From Perna viridis (Eukaryota), in assembly GCA_037379345.1 (NCBI GenBank), contig CM074517.1, positions 15,376,001 to 15,440,000 of the forward strand: a stretch of DNA of 64,000 nt. Reading direction: 5' to 3'. Shown piece by piece: positions 60,873 to 64,000 of this stretch; position 1 is the first letter of the stretch, and each line of letters opens with the position of its first letter. Position numbers and translations under genes: made by a program. The notes beneath the pieces were generated by a model. That model saw only the letters and a program-made list of their open reading frames with translations, did no database searches and had not been told where the DNA came from.

Positions 60873-63800
60873 AAGGGGAAGAGGGACATAATTCTTTGGC
60901 TTTTTAGCAAGAATTTGAGAAAAAAGGCACAATTCGTGAAACATTTAAAACAAAATATAGAATTCACAAAGCACAAAAAAAGTTACCTTGATAATTTATT
61001 AATTTGGTACATTGTATTTTCCATTCATTATGTATGAATATTGGAATTATGATGCCGTCATTACAACAAATGCCATGTCTTTTCAAGGTACATATTGCAA
61101 GCTATACAAAGCGACATAAGCAGGGGTTTATTTGCCAACCGATTGGCTCAGTAGCACAAGCAGGAATGATAACAGTACATGATTGTAAAGATCAGGAATG
61201 GATAAAAAAAATATTGTCTTCGTATATAATTCGGGACAAGGTGGGACAAACAAGTCACTAAAGAGGCTACGATACAAATCGAAGTTTAAGTACATCAGAA
61301 AAAATGTGTATAAGGTGTGACCCATGAAGAAGAAAAAAAACGCAGAAATTTATAGTATTATCCAAGTATTTATACCTCATAACATCTAGAAATAACCGTA
61401 AAAGTGGTTGTAAAGTTTGCCTTTTTAAGGTATTGATAGAAGATATTGATAGGTCATATTTAGTTGGAATGCGCTATTGAAATTTTTCCCGTACTTTTTT
61501 TTTACTTATATAAACATTCAAAAAATATCTACCTCACAGATGCTTCAAGATAAATTTAAATGGACTTTCAGTTGTTTCCTAGATGTATTAAATATATTTG
61601 AGGCAAAAAGACCAAATTGAGAATTATGATGTGCCACCCATTACCTGATTCTTACAAAGAATGGTACTTTAATATCTTATCGTGGTCATGCACTAGTAAA
61701 GTAAAATGGGAATTTCTTATGGACTCTTTAGGCTTAGAAAAATCGTATCATAAAGATCATATGAACTTCCTCAAGCTAAGTTCAAATTTGTACTGGTGGT
61801 TATGTCTTATTACTCTTTCTGGGTTGCTTTTACTTGAATTAAACAACAAAATCTGGAAAATAAGTTACGAGGTGCATTTTTGAACTACAATTGTTTCTAT
61901 TATAGTAGAAATGTATAATTTTGGACCTTTGGTACTATAATCATTGCTTAAACTACCTCACCATCATACAATACTGGTACTTACAGTACTAATATCTTAG
62001 AAACGAAGAAAATTTTACAGAGACTATATAAATCTGGAATTGTAAGTGTATATAAATGTCGTTCAGTTTTGGCCAGTAAATTGTTTTGGCATATATCTAA
62101 ATAAATTTTGACTGAGTGCACTCTACTTTCATATTTCTGGCTTTCTAAGATGTGATCTATTAGTGCAAAGTATAGTTATTTATCTTTCTTTGACTATAAA
62201 ACAAACTATATTATTTGTCTGTTATGTATTCTAACTGGACTCAGAAGTTACCGGATATGCATTCAACCAAGTATCTTTCCACAAAACACTTCAAAAAGTC
62301 TTCGACTTCCTCTCTTTTCAGAACGGATTTTGTTAAAAGAATTAGGCATGATCACATCAAAAGATGTTTTTAAGATTTGTTTACATATGATAAAAACAAC
62401 CTCTTTTACGGATGTGATGCCAAGTTATGTATTGTATACTTTCTCTGTTAAAACGATGTACATTTCCCTCCGTTCATCGGTGATTGACAGGTCTCGAGAG
62501 ATGTTTAGAGATCAACCGCCTCAAAAATATATTGTTTATTTACCGTAAGTTTCAATATCGTATATCTTCTTATGTCTTTGCAATTTACTCCTTAATCTAA
62601 ACAATTTTTTGCTATTTTCCGCCTCTGATTTATGTCAAGATATTTATCACAAGACAAGTTCATATAATTTACATATGTTCGAATGGTATACATGAAAATT
62701 GATAAATTCCAAAACACAAAGCGATATGAAAGAAATGTTTTTTCAACACTCTTCAAGAATATTTGTGACTGTTTTCCTGCCAGATAAGTAGTTAACCATC
62801 TAGTTGCTATTGTACTCATCATGGGTTTAGATCAGACGCTTTTTTCTCTCTCTTTTACAGTTAAGAGGAAAGTTTTGCTCGAAACAAGGAGTATGCATAG
62901 GGTATAGGATCAGATTGCACAAATATGCTCAGAAGAATCTGTGCTCTCTGCTTTTCTGGAAACACAAGAACAGAGTTTCTAAATGTGTCTTGTCAAGTGT
63001 TCTGATCATATCATATTGATCTGCAAGTTCTTGACAAATGATTGGGTACTTTTAGTAAAGTTTGTAAAAATCCCAAAATGTTAATGTCTCGTTTAACTTT
63101 CGACATGCATAAAATATGAGTTCTGAATGTTTCCACTTTACTTAGATTTAAACCATTTTCGCATTCTTCAATGTCTTGCATAACATGAGGTTACAGGAAT
63201 GTGATAAAACACATTGTTGATGAAGGGGACATTTTATGCACGAATATCTCTCTTAATGCATAAAAACAAATTTCCAAATACTGACATAAAACTATGTAAT
63301 CAATAGATCATGTTTAGTTTGACTCTGAAACTTTCTACAAATATCATGACAAACGGGTTGAACCAAGCAAGGTAACGATGAACTCAAAAAAGATAAAAAG
63401 GATAGTTTGAAATAGACTATAAACATCAACACTAAAACATTGCGCATCAAGATTATCATATCAAAATAGATATTGTATACGATTGCAGTTTTATTTAACA
63501 ACTTTCGTTTTCGCTTTCATTATCACGCCAATCAGGGACAGACAGAAAACAGACTTGGTTGCATATATCAATAAGATTTTGAACAAGGTATCCTTTAACG
63601 TTTTTGAATGTAAATGATTACTTAGATAGCACATGTATTGTTTGTGGGATGTCGTCACTGTCGTGGCATTTTGGTCATGATATCTTAGTATCTTTTAGTA
63701 ATTTTAGAGCAGACAATACTTAAAAAAAATGAAAAAGTGGCTTTTTACGGACAGGACCAAAGCGCCATTTGAATTCAGAAATTTTGGTTTTGTATTAGGT

Positions 63801-63928
63801 AGCACTTCAGATAAGAATCATACAAAATGTGATTCATGGTTGGAAAGCCAACATATTTTTATTTTTGATATTTGTTGAAATTAACATGTGTCTTTTCAAA
63901 TATCCTTGTTATTAGGAGATAAATAGGT

Positions 63929-63953
63929 GGGGGTGGGTGTGGGGGTGGGGGGG
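63929..63953 (+). other. G-tract cluster, potential G-quadruplex
   Basis: GGGGG T GGG TGT GGGGG T GGGGGGG. Confidence 0.5.
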
Positions 63954-64000
63954 CTGTTGTATATTCTTTAATCTCAGTTATAATATTCAAATCTGGAAAA

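Noticed and set aside
61529-61960. Two let-7 8mer words (CTACCTCA)
   Set aside because: They lie beyond the inferred Hox2 poly(A) region and the gap; there is no evidence they are in a transcript.

Overview
This is AT-rich animal genomic DNA, most likely from a bivalve mollusc (oyster-like, inferred from the repeat families), covering part of a Hox cluster. Two homeobox genes lie on the + strand in canonical posterior-to-anterior transcriptional order. Hox3 has coding exons 6798-7224 and 9014-9774 (about 395 aa). Hox2/proboscipedia has coding exons 39640-39934 and 55389-57166 (about 690 aa) separated by a 15.4 kb intron. The rest is non-coding, with remnants of Penelope-like, RTE-LINE, pogo, Helentron-associated and MITE elements, a tRNA-like cloverleaf, tandem repeats and one 152-N assembly gap. 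The most interesting signals are: (1) a shared TGATTGG...GTCACATGAC (CCAAT plus E-box) module ahead of both Hox CDSs, with ATT and ATG in frame in both; (2) paired miR-100 and miR-10 seed sites downstream of both stop codons; (3) several perfect Pbx-Meis and Pbx-Hox composite sites; (4) a multi-stem RNA structure at the 3' end of the Penelope-like element; (5) a structurally intact tRNA mimic with a 5-nt anticodon loop; and (6) a YAWM hexapeptide in Hox2. All calls were made by eye with no database searches.
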